From Octopus sinensis (Eukaryota): a DNA stretch of 64,000 nt. Positions 27,576-41,290 of this stretch are shown here, one piece after another. Below the pieces are notes generated by a model. The model saw only the letters and a list, made by a program, of their open reading frames with translations. It was not told where the DNA came from and did no database searches. Every line of letters begins with the position of its first letter. The first letter of the stretch is position 1. Location: assembly GCF_006345805.1 (NCBI RefSeq), contig NC_042997.1, positions 7,440,001 to 7,504,000 of the forward strand, in the 5' to 3' direction. The position numbers and the translations under genes were made by a program.

Positions 27576-28160
27576 ATATATACGTATATATATATATACA
27601 TATATACATATATATATTTCTTCTTTGTGTGTGTATATATATATATATATGCATGCATACATATTTACATATGTGTGTTTGTGTGTGTATCTGAGTGTGT
27701 ATGCATGTGTGCTTTGTGTATGTGTTTGCGTGTGTGCATGTGTCGGAACCTAAATACCATTTTAAAGAATCAAACAGAACTCACTGTAAACTCATCTCCC
27801 ACTTCTTTGTGGCCGGCAACGCTGAAAAGCAATGGCTAATGCTACGCTTTAGCTATAATGTGATTCTGAAAATCAAGGAATCCCAATTAAAGAAAGCTTG
27901 ACAACTGTTCGATAATCTGTATTTGTTACATCATCGACGTCACGTCGCCCAACACTCTTACCACAAAAATATAAGTACGTACATATATATGTGAATATAC
28001 ATATCATTATATCATTGTGGTATAATGAATAAACTACAAATATCAACATATTCTCGTTAGTCACACTTCAGAAGTGCCAGATTATTATATCTCTATAACG
28101 AACAAAACTTTTGGGTGGGTTTATTAGCTTAGGCAGAAACTGAACGTTTCCCGTCAGTTG

Positions 28161-28198
<38 letters not shown>

Positions 28199-28539
28199 AT
28201 ATATCAGAAACTTTGGATATGATGTACAGGTATTATATATTAGAAGAAATGGTATTCTCAGAAATCTGGATGGTTTTATATTTACAGATATTTCTTAATA
28301 TGTCACATGTTTTCATAAATCATATAATTGCACTTGCGTCCACTAAAGAGGAATCGTCAGATTGAACTTTTTCAGTAATTGTGTCTCCTTTTAGAGTATT
28401 ATTGCGTGTGTAGGGTTGGAGAGAGATATAAGTTAGTACAATAGGGTGAGGAATGGGGAGAAAGTGAGAGAGTGTGTGTGTGCGTGCATGTGTTTGTGTG
28501 CGTGTGTGTGTGTGTGCATGTGTTTGTGTGCGTGTGTGT

Positions 28540-29045
28540 GTGCTCTTGTATCTGAAAGCAGTGTCAATGGGAAAGTGAAGGAAAGGATGAAGTTCGACAG
28601 AAAGAAGAAAAAATGTCTTGACATCTTTGCTGCTGGTCAGTCTTTCAATAGTAAATGTTTCTTGGCTTTTAGAAATGGCAAACGCAGCTGGTCACTTCAA
28701 GGAATGGGGCAAAATGTCGCTTCTCAAAAAGTTGTCTGGATTTCTTTTATCCTTGTCTTGTGAGAGAGAGAGAGTGTGTGTGTGTGTATGTGTGCATGTG
28801 CGCGCGTGTGTGTGGGCGACTGTGTATCTGAAAGGTGTGTCAATCGAAAAGACAAAGGAAGAAAAAAAAAAGAGAGGAATATAAATAACAGCTGGGTTTG
28901 CCATTTCTAAAAGCCAAGAATCATTTATTGTTGAAAGACTCACCAGCTGCAAAGATGTCAACACATTTTTTCTTCTTTCTTTCCTCCCTCTTCCTCCCCT
29001 TCTCTTTTCAATTGACACCCTTTCAGATACAAAATCACACACACA
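28540..29045. repeat. Imperfect fold-back (MITE-like) repeat
   Basis: ~28540-28690 is the inverted complement of ~28888-29045. A partial direct copy of the arm start lies at ~28820-28870. Confidence 0.7.
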
Positions 29046-29059
29046 TAAACACATTCTCT

Positions 29060-29772
29060 CAATCAGTAGAGCTTGGAACGGAGGCGTGTAGAGTGTGATG
29101 GAGAAAGTTGTCATATCGATAGCTGCTCAGAGACCTACATAAATTTGCAGAAAGCGTATGGAGGAGTGTATGAGTCGCGCACTCCTGTACGAGTGGTTCA
29201 TACACTTCCAAGAAAAAATGTCGATATTGAGCGTTCTGGGAAACCCGCAACCAGCAGTACTGAGAAAAACATTGCAGATGTGCGTGCAGCTGTTAGGGAA
29301 ATTAATCGAATCAGCATACGTGCGTTATCAGAAGATGTGCAGATTAGCTCCGGTTCAGTTTAGTCTAGTATCACTGAAGATTTGGGTATGAGTATGAGAC
29401 GCATGTCTTCCGTGTTTATGCCAAAGCTGCATTCAACTGACTAAAAAGACACAAGTTTTCAGTTGCGCAAGCTCTCCTTGAATTTGCCCACAACGATAAA
29501 AACTGTTTGAAAACTGTGTAGGCCTTTGAGCAAGTATGACCAAGCTTTTGAAACAAATTGGAGCAGATTCTCTGTTCAATGTTTTCTGCTATGGTCAATG
29601 ACACGATCACACGCGTCACCCTTTCCTTTCAAGCACTGTTGTAAACAGCTGAAATGAGCTAGAACATTAAAACTCAGTGCGCATACATAGCAGAGTTTCG
29701 AGTCAATCCTTGCCAAGCAGCTCCACGCTGCGTGTTTTAGGTTCGTTAATATGGATACTTATTGATCAGACC
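29060..29772 (-). mobile_element. Rearranged mariner remnant: TIR and N-terminus on the minus strand, HTH segment on the plus strand
   Basis: A TIR-like ggtctgatcaataagtatcc reads on the minus strand from 29772, followed by EQRIC...KLGHTCSKAY. The plus strand carries CSETY..LQKAYG, ERSGKPATS and RISIRALSED, then PKL. Confidence 0.75.
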
Positions 29773-31675
29773 ATCTATTTATATATTTTAATATGTATAT
29801 TTTTGATATATATATATATGTATATACACATATATTTATTTATAAGCTCGTGTGTGTTGGTGTGCAATTATGCATGCACATTTACCTAAGTGTATATAGG
29901 CGCATACTTCACACACCCATGTGAATGCATATATAAATATGGTTATATATACAGCTGTGTGTACATGTTTATGAAAACAAATAGAATATAAAATCAGTTA
30001 CAACTTTAGCTTCGAAAATAAAAGATATTTATAACTGTTCTGAATATCAATAAAATGCACATATTAAATTTTCACAGAAATGTTTAAATGTTTCTGAAAG
30101 TATAAGTTGTGATATTGACCAATCTTATTGCTGACTCACCACTTTCTCAACAATGTTCGTTTTCATTTTTGGTATCAGGTGTTGCTAAGGACTTTATAGC
30201 ATTGTAATTTGATAAGATGCTACGTTGCACCTGTCCAAACACATCAGTTCTATAATGAAAGAATATTTTTGAATAATAGAAACACTTTTGTAAATTAAAT
30301 CGAACCTTAGGCAGTTTAAGGTTTGAGAATTTTGTATAGTCGGAAAACTAACAACACCAAATGTGACATTAACTTGTAAAAGTTGAATAACTAAATGTGG
30401 ATGCATAATTTAACAGCTTTAACATAAAAGTTGATTATTTGTTTTATCATTTGACAGCATTAATTCTCAAATCTGTGATAAACTTTGTTGGAATTTAAAG
30501 CCAAGATGATAATACGAGGCGAATTGTGAATATGCATTAACCTCTTTCTTGTTAATGTTCTTTACAATCTAATACCAAGAGTATTATTTTGATATATGAC
30601 TGTGAAAGAAAGATCTTGTCAGAAATATATTTGTCAATCGGGAAAATGCCTATGGTGATAACTCCGAGATCAAATACGACTTCTGTTGGGGTGGGGTATT
30701 GAACAACAAAGAACCATATTTATCACTTACTATTTCACAACACGATACGATATAAACATGTACAATGGAAAAAAAAAAAAGAAACAGATGGCATTCAGTA
30801 GCCATGTTACTTTTCTTTTTTTTTCTTTTATAGTCATCACCTTAGAGACTTAAAATATATTTTGTCGCAAATTTATGATACATATTTTCTATTGAAACTA
30901 ACGGCAAATCTCTATCTGAAACTCACTCTCTCTCTCTCTCTCTCACTCGATCTTGATGGTGAGGGTTTAATATCATAATCTCACAGATGCAAAAATGATT
31001 GTTTCACATGCTAATTACATGTCAAGAAGGAAGGCCAGTGTAACTCACTATTTGACTTTACAGCATTCAAAGTATCCACTACAAATGAAGATGTGAATTT
31101 CAGATGTTATTTTCACAAAATCGTGTTTATGATAATGCACGACATTATTTAATAAATTTATTTTAGTTTTTTATATTAGCTTAAACATAAACATACACAC
31201 GATTATAGATGATTAGCTATAATATATTTTCATGTAAGTATAGTTTTATTCGTAATATAAATAATTAATCGATAAGCACCAGGGTTGAAACATGAAACCT
31301 CACCTGCCACGACGGTTAGTCTTCATTAATTCATCTCTTCTCTTAATTCTATCTCGCAGAGAATCATTTAAAATAAAATCATGCACAGCCTGATCGCATA
31401 CAAGAATACTTGTCTTATCACCCGCTCAGAATGCACTCACTCTTATTGATACATATGCACAACATGAAGTCCTCACCCCATTCAGACATGTGTGTATGCA
31501 TAACACCAAAGAGTTTAGAGGCTCAATCACATAAAAATGCATTAAACTGTATTTAACTATTAATAGCTTCCTTAAACATCTATCTAAAGTGATTAAGTTT
31601 TTTCGGTATGTTGTCACGTACGCTGTCATTTTTCTAATTTGATTAAATTTTCAAAACGCACAAATATATGTTTAC

Positions 31676-33660
31676 CTAGCTGGAGTACCCAGTGTTGCTT
31701 GGGTATTAAATACTCGGTAATGGTCTTAAAATTTTCTACCAGTTTTTTTCGCTTTACATGTCTTTAAACATTTTTAGCGATAAGTTGCAAATATTGACAA
31801 TGAGTAAGAAGTGATTTTCCCATAGACCATTAAGTAGTAACAACAGGGTGAAAAGCCTTCGAGAAACCACAAGAGCATCGAAGGGGGTGCAGCAATTTAA
31901 TGTAAAGTAGCCCTGAAAAGGTACGTGTCATGGTTCAGACAATAGATCTGAAAAGAATAGTGGTGCACTGATGCCAAAACACAAGCCATCTGCAAGGAGA
32001 TTAAGAAGCTTTAGCGGGCAAAATAAAGAAAAAGACTTAAGAAAAACAGGTAATTTTGAACGAATGGTAACAGTAGTAACCACTCTCCATATACGGGTTC
32101 GGTAGGGAAGCTGCAGCATGTTGGACGGCCTACAGCACCTCACGGTAGACGACTTTTTTTACGTTTTGGCTTTCAGGGGGCGAACACGAGAAGCATGGAT
32201 GGCCTACATGGAGGCCTGTCGTTGTTAGTGCTTGGCATTGGGACCTGTTAATGGACATGGCAAAGCAAAGTCGAAGCAAACGACAGGGGTATTGTTTAAC
32301 TGATGGAGTAAGAGGTACCCTGGGTATAAAGACATTTCCAATGCCGCAACCTCTAAAATTTATAGCTTTAATAACATGAGGCAGCACATATTTAACCACT
32401 AACCGCGTTCCGTTGCACTGCCGTGGTGGCTCCAGATTCCTCAGCTACATGGCTGGAGCTCTAATTTTGAGGTGCACTTGATGAGGAGAAGTCCGGAGGG
32501 GTCCAATGAATTGAGGAATTATGTGGGACAATTAACGCACTCCACTTGGTCCACAAAAGTGTCCACAGACTTGTAGGCATGAATGTTTCCAGGAAGGTTT
32601 CCCAGTAGGTCTTCATCGACTTTCGCAACATATGTGTTTTGGGGAGCTAATATGGCTCTTTCGCACAGGAAGTTACGATTTTGTTTGTGTATGTGCAGAT
32701 CGGCAAAAACAGCTGGAGTAAGGTCATCCACATGTGTGCCTACGTGTGAGGCGACAATCTCTCCAGCTGCATCTGAGGGAACTGTGCAATCACTAATGGT
32801 GAGAAGTTGCTTGGAGAAGTCACCCGATAAGCTGTCGTCGAAAAGCTGGGGCCCTCATGCTCGGTCAAAATCGAGGGATTTGAGGGCAAAAACCCGATTT
32901 TCTACTCACTTTTTCACAATTGTTGATAATACGCGGATAAATTCTAACCAAATCGGAGTCTCCCAACGTTATCCTGAGGATGAGTAAATAGTGTGTAAAG
33001 TTTGAACGTAATCCACCGAAGCAGAGAGAAGATTTTAAAGATTTAAAGAGGAAAAAAGTGTATGAGAACCGATTTTTTCACAGTTTTTCACGTTATTTTT
33101 TTGTCACACAGGGATGCGTTAAAGCATAGAATAGATACTTGATAAAACCACCGTTACATGGTTGTTTTTTAGCCGTAGAAGCCAAGGAAAGTGCTCTTGC
33201 AGTAACAAGTTTTCTACGGCGTATCTTAGCAAAAATGCGAAAAATCGATCTTTTTCAAAGATTTTCGCAATTTTCTTGAGAAGCAGAATCTTCAAGGCAT
33301 TGCCGAAATATGTAACTGAAATGTCGCAACATGACAGTCCTTTTAACACCAAAATTATAAAAATTGAACTTTCCTGTAAAATGTTTCTCGCGTGCAACTT
33401 TTGCTTTTGTTTGCAAAATTCAGGGTTCCCTTCAGTTTTATCGATTTTTCTGCTAGAATGGTTTATCTCATGGCATCGCTAATGCGGCAGTAACCTGCCT
33501 GGGTAAATTTGGTATTTAATAAAAAAGAAAAAAAAATGGATGAAAAATGTGGAAACGCATAAAAAAGTTTACACACACACACACACACACACACCACACA
33601 CACACACACACGCACACACACACATACACTCACAGACATTTTGAGTTTTATAGATATAGA
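31676..33660 (-). mobile_element. Non-autonomous Helitron deletion derivative with the C-terminal PIF1-like helicase remnant
   Basis: 5' A|TCTATATC end at 33660 followed by (GT)n. A subterminal hairpin (31686-31705) precedes the CTAG 3' end at 31676. Helicase motifs LCERAILAPQN, FLNSLDPSG, FIPRVPL, LCFAMSINRSQ and VVYREVL lie at ~32130-32870. Confidence 0.88.
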
Positions 33661-34483
33661 TTACTTTTGTTTTGTATATTTCTATAAAGGATGTACCATA
33701 TGTATTTTAATACATGTGAACTATGAGCAGCACATTTTTTTTTGGCAATTCTGTGATTATTTTCATGTATGGTATTTTCAATTTTATTGAAAACAGTCCC
33801 CTTATAAATAGTTATCCTTGAACATTAATCCCTTTTGAAATGAGTGATTATTCTTGTACATTTCAATGATTTTCGCCAAACTACCAATCATATTTTAAAT
33901 AACCTTCTTTGATATTTAAACTTTTGCAGCAAATAATCCACCTTTTTGTATCACCTTTGTTGCACCTTACTCTTGTCTACCCTGAAATTGAAATGCGGTA
34001 GAATTTTTGCATTTGTGGAATTGTAATATTGACGATGAACTTGTTTTTTTTTATGTTGCAAAGACCTTCAACATTTTTTAATGATGATTTAGTTTTATTA
34101 GATTTTAAATCTTTATGATGCCACTATATTTATTCGAAATAATTTGCACTCATTTTTTCTTTATTTTCAACAAATTAAAGTTATACTTGATCACAAACGG
34201 ACACATTTACACACACATATGTATCTACAAAAACACATAGAAACACTCTGGCGCCAAAATAACCACGTATTTGCGTGGACAGTCACTCTCAAGCCAATTT
34301 TCATATATATATATCTAAATAATTTCAGAAAGTGTTCTCTTAAATTCAACCTTTATAATTTTCTAATAAATCTTTCATAAAAGTCATTATTACAAGCCTG
34401 AGAGAAAGAAATATTTATTGACGAGTTTTGAAGTTTCTAGAAACCCGGGAAGCTGATAATAGCTTATGTGATGAATGTATTTG

Positions 34484-34549
<66 letters not shown>

Positions 34550-34552
<3 letters not shown>

Positions 34553-34623
34553 ATACATATACGTGTGCTTTATATGCGTGTATATATATATATACGCATA
34601 TAAAGCACACGTATATGTATACA
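34550..34623. repeat. Perfect 30-bp-arm palindrome with a TA-repeat spacer
   Basis: 34550-34579 (tgtatacatatacgtgtgctttatatgcgt) is the exact reverse complement of 34594-34623. Confidence 0.95.
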
Positions 34624-35856
34624 CAGTGCGTAAGAAATTTGAGGACATAGCGTTTTTGGGTCGTTGCTGCATATTTCGCATACACTGTATAATATTTGTT
34701 TTAGAAAATAATAATTGCAGTCCCTAAGATTACTGAAGACATGAAGAGGTATGTTGTTATTGTGGTTACAAAGTCTGTGCATAGCAATTCAGAAATATCT
34801 CGAGTTTTAAATGTTGCTGATCTACAAAGTTCGAAAGGCGTTAGAGACTAGTGAAGGAAACGTAACACCAGTATCAAAGCATGAAAAACATTGTAAACGC
34901 TCTAAAATCATCAGAACATCTGAATTTATCCAAGTTGAACAGACCATTGATTACAATCCCAGAAAGTCCATGAGTTCAAATTAAAAATATTTCCCTGTGT
35001 CAGAAGAAACAGTCAGATTTGTCGTCCATGAAGACATCAAATATAAATCTTATATGATGGAGAAAGATCAACTTATGTTACAAAAAGCAAAAGAAAATCT
35101 CTACATCAGATCTTAAACAAACTGAAACATCCAGCAGGAGATATGATTTGGTTTTTCTCAAAGGAGCAATACTGCGACCAAGATCAAAAAGTTAACAGAA
35201 GAATGGCAGATGGTTATGTGCAGACCCTTCAGATGTCCCAAGTGTTATGCATACAAAATTTCCTGAAACTGTCATGACATTATGGGTTGTCAGCAATAAA
35301 GGATATGTGATACCTCCTTACGTGTTTCCACAAGGCCTTAGAGTTAACTATGTTGCCTACATTGAAGTCCTGGAAATTGTTAAGCCCTGGGTAGACAATG
35401 TATGCAATGGAAAGCCATTTGTGTTTCAGTACGATTCTACAATATCACACATGGCTCTAGTAACACAAGAATGGATGGCTAAACATTTTCATGATCACAT
35501 ATCCCCTTACATTTGACCTCCTAAATCCCCAGATCTAAATCCATTGGACTATTGAATATGGTGCATTGTTGAGAGAGAAGTCAATGAACATGTCCATAAC
35601 ACCAAATATTTTTTGAAAGCTGCCATAGTCAGAGTAATGTCCAAAATGGTCCAGGGCCACTTCATTCGAGCATATATATGATTTAGATATCATATAGAAG
35701 CAGTTACGGAAGGTGAAGATGGCTTTATTGAATAACATAGCAAAGGAGATTTAGTTTTATCCTCATAACATTTTTGATGAATAAAGTTATTATCTGTATT
35801 TATATATATGTTTTTTTATAAACATAAATCTCTCCTGAAATATCTTACGCACCTTA
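34622..35856 (+). mobile_element. Near-full-length decayed DD37D (maT/Bmmar1-like) Tc1/mariner element
   Basis: TA-flanked imperfect TIRs (gtgcgtaaga.attt.agga). Transposase reads TKFPETVM...VVSN.G...FVFQYD-x37-D (PPKSPDLNPLDY)...GFIE*. I counted 37 residues between the last two aspartates. Internal stops are present. Confidence 0.88.
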
Positions 35857-36334
35857 TATATGTATGTATGGGTGGGTGGATCGATGCATGCATATACATG
35901 AGAATATTTCTGTTTCGGGCGACATAACGGAGTTAACATAATTATATATTTCATTGTAAATTTAAATTTTGCAACGTAAAAGAACTCACGCGAATAATTA
36001 CACAATTATAATCATGGAAATGATATATAGCATTATTTTTCTATATTTAAGATCCCAAAATATATATTAATATTCAGCAGCTTTTTAGCAGTATCGATTT
36101 TCGAAACATTTGCTTACATGCAATATATTCAACACCATTTTTTTAGAACAATAAATTTGAGTATGTGTACACGTTTCTATTTTCAGTGGGTACATGTTTT
36201 ACCATTTTCAGTTACTTTGAAATCCTCTCACAACTTTTCTTGTAAAAGTATAATTTGTGTGTGAGTGTGGGAAGCTGATTCACAAAGCTCTTACAGCACT
36301 ATGGCTGGATTTTTAATGCACCTGCTTCACCATT

Positions 36335-37200
36335 TAGATGTCAGTGTGATATATACTGAATTTCTAAAGGCCTTTGGTAAGGTAGATCATGGCATGATAT
36401 GTCTCTAGCTGCGAGACCTTGGCAATGGTGATAACTGGAAGGGTTGCTGCATGACTTTCTTAAAGACAGAAGCCAGGAATTTACAGCTGGTGGTGCCTTT
36501 CCGAGTAAACTCAAATGCTAAATAGCGTCTCTCAGGGCTCTCTCTTGAGGCTATTACTGTTTATAATAGCTCGCATAAGCATGCTCATGGTCAATCAAAC
36601 AGCCAATGTTAGCTACGCTGATGATACAAAATTAGCACAGGCAATGAAAATTCAAGACGACGTCGCAAGCTAGCAACGGGAACAGAAGTTAATATGCATG
36701 TGGGCTGAAATAAACAACATACAGTTCAAAGCTACATACTTTCAGGCACTGCACGATCAACTCAAAAAGCACTGCTGCCTGCATATAAGGGATCAGGAGA
36801 CACTGCAATCTCAGAGTTACAGTCGGTGAAAAACCTGAGGATCGGTACGTGCTTTGAAGCCTAATATCATATGCACACTACATAGATGGCAGCAAAGTGC
36901 AGATAACTTGCAGGATGAATACTCAGGTCCTTCAAGACAAGAGTCTAAGAAGTTATGTTGACACGGCGGAGGACCTTTGTCCTCGGCCACGGCAACTACT
37001 GAAGCGTTCCAACATCCCTACACTAAAAAGTTAGAAGAGCAGCAGTTAAGCTATAAGGAGAAGCTGAAAAAACTACGATCTTTACTTGCTGGAACGAAGG
37101 CACCACAGATATTTAAAAAATCTGTACACGAAAAATTCTAGAATGTCTAGTACCTAATTACGGCATTGAATATTATAAAGCAGCCACAACTGATCGCAAT
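36335..37200 (+). mobile_element. Decayed CR1-like RT fragment
   Basis: VIYTEFLKAFGKVDHG, SVSQGSLL..LLFII and SYADDTKL, followed by MWAE.NNIQF. Many stops and frameshifts. Confidence 0.8.
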
Positions 37201-37294
37201 AGTCTTTTACCACAGGTGAGATATGGAATAAACTAATACAAATACAAAGCAAACGCCAAATATATAATAATAATAATATTATTATTGTTAATAA

Positions 37295-37349
<55 letters not shown>

Positions 37350-37599
37350 TATTATTATTATTATTATTATTATTAATATTATTATTATTATTATTATTAT
37401 AATAAAACAGATTACACCGGGGACGTTAAACTTATGAGAGCAATATAACAGTGCTCCGAAATCTATCCACAAACATCGGAAACAAAGACATCGCATAGAG
37501 CTAAAAAATAACTGACAAAGGATTGGACTATATCCGAGTAAGTAATACTCATTGAAACTTATTACTATTTTCAAAACGAATTGATGTATTTTAGCTCGA

Positions 37600-40480
37600 T
37601 ATCATCTCCACCTCTAACACAACACATGTAAACATGCTTGATACATTAGGATCCATCAACACCAGATCATCTCCGGCCCCAAACACCATGTACAAAAAAA
37701 CGACGAATAAATTAAATAATACCGGTATTATTCAACTCAAGAATAACAATCGGGAAGTACTTACTGTAAACTTACAAGATAAAATGTACCAAAAACTACA
37801 CGTGCAAAACAATGTGACAACAGAAATGAACGGACCGGTACCCTACGAAATTGACGACCGTCCCGCAAATAAAACCCAAAAGACATGTCCCGCAAATAAA
37901 ACCCAAAATACATAAATGGACACGTGAGGAATACATTTCTATACTACACGCTTACTTTACAGCAGTGCTCTACCCAAAGAAGGAAAATACAACAACACAT
38001 ACATAGAAAATATGGAAGAAAAATAAGATAAATAAGACCTGGATACAACAATGAACCCTAATAAACTAGCAAATATACAGAGATATATTCTCAACGCAAA
38101 AAAATATCAGAAATAGAAACAGAACATTTAAAAGAAAAAATACATCAGGAAAATGTAGATAGAAGCCGCACAACAATGCCAAATAATACAAACACTGAAA
38201 CAGTAAAACACGAAGACAAATGTAACATTTCCAACAAACACGATGTAAAGAAAAAAACAACAAACCCAGACCGTAAGGATACATAATAATACACAACAGA
38301 CAACAAGCCAAAACACGAAAAACAAACATACGGATGAGAAAGAAAGCGACACAAATCTAAAACCTGGAAACAACGAAGGGGAGCCTAATGATTATGAAAC
38401 TATAAAAAGTAGAATAATCAAAGAACTGAAAACCACAAAGCTCAAAATGGACCACCGACCATACCTCTCAAAAATAAAAATAGACACAACAACAACATCA
38501 ATTACAAAACAAACTACACCTAGCCTTCACGGAACTACTGGCCACTGAAACAAAAAGCGATATCACAGAGCTAAATGACTTAGTATAGGCAGCAGCCACT
38601 GCAGCCACAAAAGAAGCTGGATACTCACTCAAACCCATCCAAACAGGAGTACCACCACCCAAAAACCTTCTGGATAAATAACATCCAAAACAAAATACAA
38701 AAAATGAGACAAGATCTTTCGAGTCTTAATGAAATCAGTAGACAATCAACGCTACTAAGCAACAAAAAGAAAACAAAATTACTCCGCAAATATAACATCG
38801 CAGAAAGAGATTTACCTGAGATAAAAGAAAAGCTGAAGCAAGATATCCTTGCCAAAGCACAAAGGATCCGCCGGTACGAGAAACGCCAGCGCTTCTTTGA
38901 ACAAAACAAAAAGTTCAACTCCAACCACAAAAAGTTCTACCACGAACTTGGCAAAAATAAAATAGAAACCACTGCAGCACCAATGGCAGAAGAAGTGAAA
39001 GAATTCTGGAGAGAAATATGGTCGGCGAACGAACAACCAAAAAAGAGGAGTATTATAACAACAAACTCAGCATCTGAGCAACTTTGGACCCATAACAAGT
39101 GAAGAGGTCACCCAGGCACTCCAAAGAGTAAGCAACTGGAAGGCACCTGGGCATGACAATATCCCCAACTTCTGGTTGAAATATCTAACAGGAATGCACA
39201 AAAAGCTGGCTGAAAATTTTAATAACATGCTGGCAGAGCCAGAGACAATGCCTGAATGGCTCACGAAGGGGAAAAAAACCATCTTAATTCCCAAATCAAA
39301 TGGGACAGCAAAACCAAAAACTACAGACCTATAACCTGTCTCCCTACAAATATGGCGAAATGGAGTGCAGATATGACAACATACGGAAGAAGTTTATGGA
39401 AGGTAGAAATCAGGAGTGGCATCTTCCAAGAGGATTGCCTCTCACCAATGATCTTTGTACTGTGCTTGATAGCACTATTACTGATTCTGGGGAAAGCAAA
39501 AGCTGGGTGTGTGTGCAAAGGTCGCCAAAATAGTCAACCGTTTGTTATTCATGGATGACCTCAAACTGTATGGTAAAGATGAAGCCAAAGTTATTTTTCT
39601 TGCTGATACGGTGTATAGTTTCAGTGCTGATATCAGAATGGAGTTCGGACTGAAAAATCATGGTGAGTAAGACTTGGAGAGAAGCAAAATCAAATATATG
39701 AACGGGCTATAAGTACTTGAGGATATTGGAAAATGGATAAATTAATGGAGAATGACAGAAACATTTAAAGTGGAATACTTGCGCAGACGGAGACTGATAC
39801 TTCAGTCGAAAATAATCGGTCGGAATAAGACTGAAGCTATCAACACCTGGGCGGTTACACTCCTTAACTATGTAGCAAGAGTAACCGCATGGACAATAGA
39901 CGAACAGACGAACTAAACAGCTAGGACAAATAGACAACGAAATTGCTGATTTGATATAGGATACTCGAGCCAAAGAATGACACAGACTGTATGTACCAAG
40001 GGAAAGAAGAGGAAAACGACTGCACAGAAAGAATATAAGACACGTCATGAGAATATAAGAGAGATTGTCCATTGGACAATTTAAAATAGGTATGCACTTG
40101 AAAAAACAAAAGACAATTTAGGAACATAAACCCGAAGGCATCATCGAAAATGATAATGCAAAGATGCTATACGATTTTACGATTCAGTGCGACGATGAGT
40201 AAGATATTATGAAACTAAGCATAGTGTTAACTGAGAAAGAAATCACACGATACTTTATCGTAGATATAGCACGTGCCGCAGATAACAAGGTATGCGATAA
40301 TGAAGAAAGAAATGTCGATAGTTATGACATATTACGTTAGGAGGTTAAGCAGTTGTGGTTGCTGAAAAAGGTGGTAGTAGTACCAATAATTGTGGGGGCT
40401 CTGGAAACAGTGAGCAACAATTTTGCGAACTACGTGGAGAACTTGCAGAAAACTGCTCCTGATGGAAGTCTTATTACATT
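37600..40480 (+). mobile_element. Decayed, internally deleted R4/Dong-like non-LTR retrotransposon (RT plus RLE)
   Basis: AQRIRRYEKRQRFFEQNKKF, NWKAPGHD.IPNFWLK, NYRPITCLPT, GIFQEDCLSP, LFMDDLKLYG and a C-terminal RLE region (YDFTIQCD...VVPIIVGALETV). The 5' boundary is approximate. Confidence 0.85.
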
Positions 40481-40704
40481 AGTGTGCTGGTGGTGAACAG
40501 CTGACACCATATTACGTCTCCAGCGTTAGCAGCTGTGCAAAGACAATAAAATAATAAAAATTAAAATAATATTAATAACAATGTGAGTAGCAAATTCATG
40601 CCAGGGTAGTATTTCACTACAAACGAGGAAGATCGATGAAACTCCTATTAATAAATTCTTGAGATTTTGCAACTCCCAATAAAGATCAACAATATTATTA
40701 TTAC

Positions 40705-40770
<66 letters not shown>

Positions 40771-40794
40771 TTTTATTATTATTGTTATTATTAC

Positions 40795-40825
<31 letters not shown>

Positions 40826-40828
<3 letters not shown>

Positions 40829-41160
40829 TAGTTTTATTTTTATAGCGTGCTTCCACTTCACTACCGAGCGCAGCTCTGTGTGCCTTGGGTATGTGCTGTG
40901 ATTTGTTGTGATGCTCTGATGGTTATTGTATGGAAAGTGTTCTGCGTAGGATGTGTGCAGTGCCTAGTAGTGCAATTTTCTGTATGTTATATGTGTTTGT
41001 AAGTCTTGGTGTTTTTGTTATGTATTTGTCTGAATATTTTTTTATCATGCCTAATGCACCTACTATGATAGGAATTGTTTCTGTTTTCAGATTCCACATT
41101 CTAGTTACCTCTATTTCCAGGTCTTTGTATTTTGAGAGTTTCTCCATTTCTTTTAGAGAC
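40826..41160 (-). mobile_element. 5'-truncated R4/Dong-like copy (RLE C-terminus, 3' UTR, (AAT)n tail)
   Basis: ORF 40923-41162 reads EKLSKYKDLEIEVTRMW.LKTETIPIIVGALG...IQKIALLGTAHILRR. (AAT)n lies on both sides on the element strand. Confidence 0.88.
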
Positions 41161-41162
41161 AC

Positions 41163-41199
<37 letters not shown>

Positions 41200-41227
41200 T
41201 ATTATTATTATTATTATTACCATTATT

Positions 41228-41290
<63 letters not shown>

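Noticed and set aside
30194-30406. ORF with a GPCR-like 'MCLDRC' motif
   Set aside because: It is bounded by stops, and I found no further transmembrane segments or GPCR motifs in the flanking frames.
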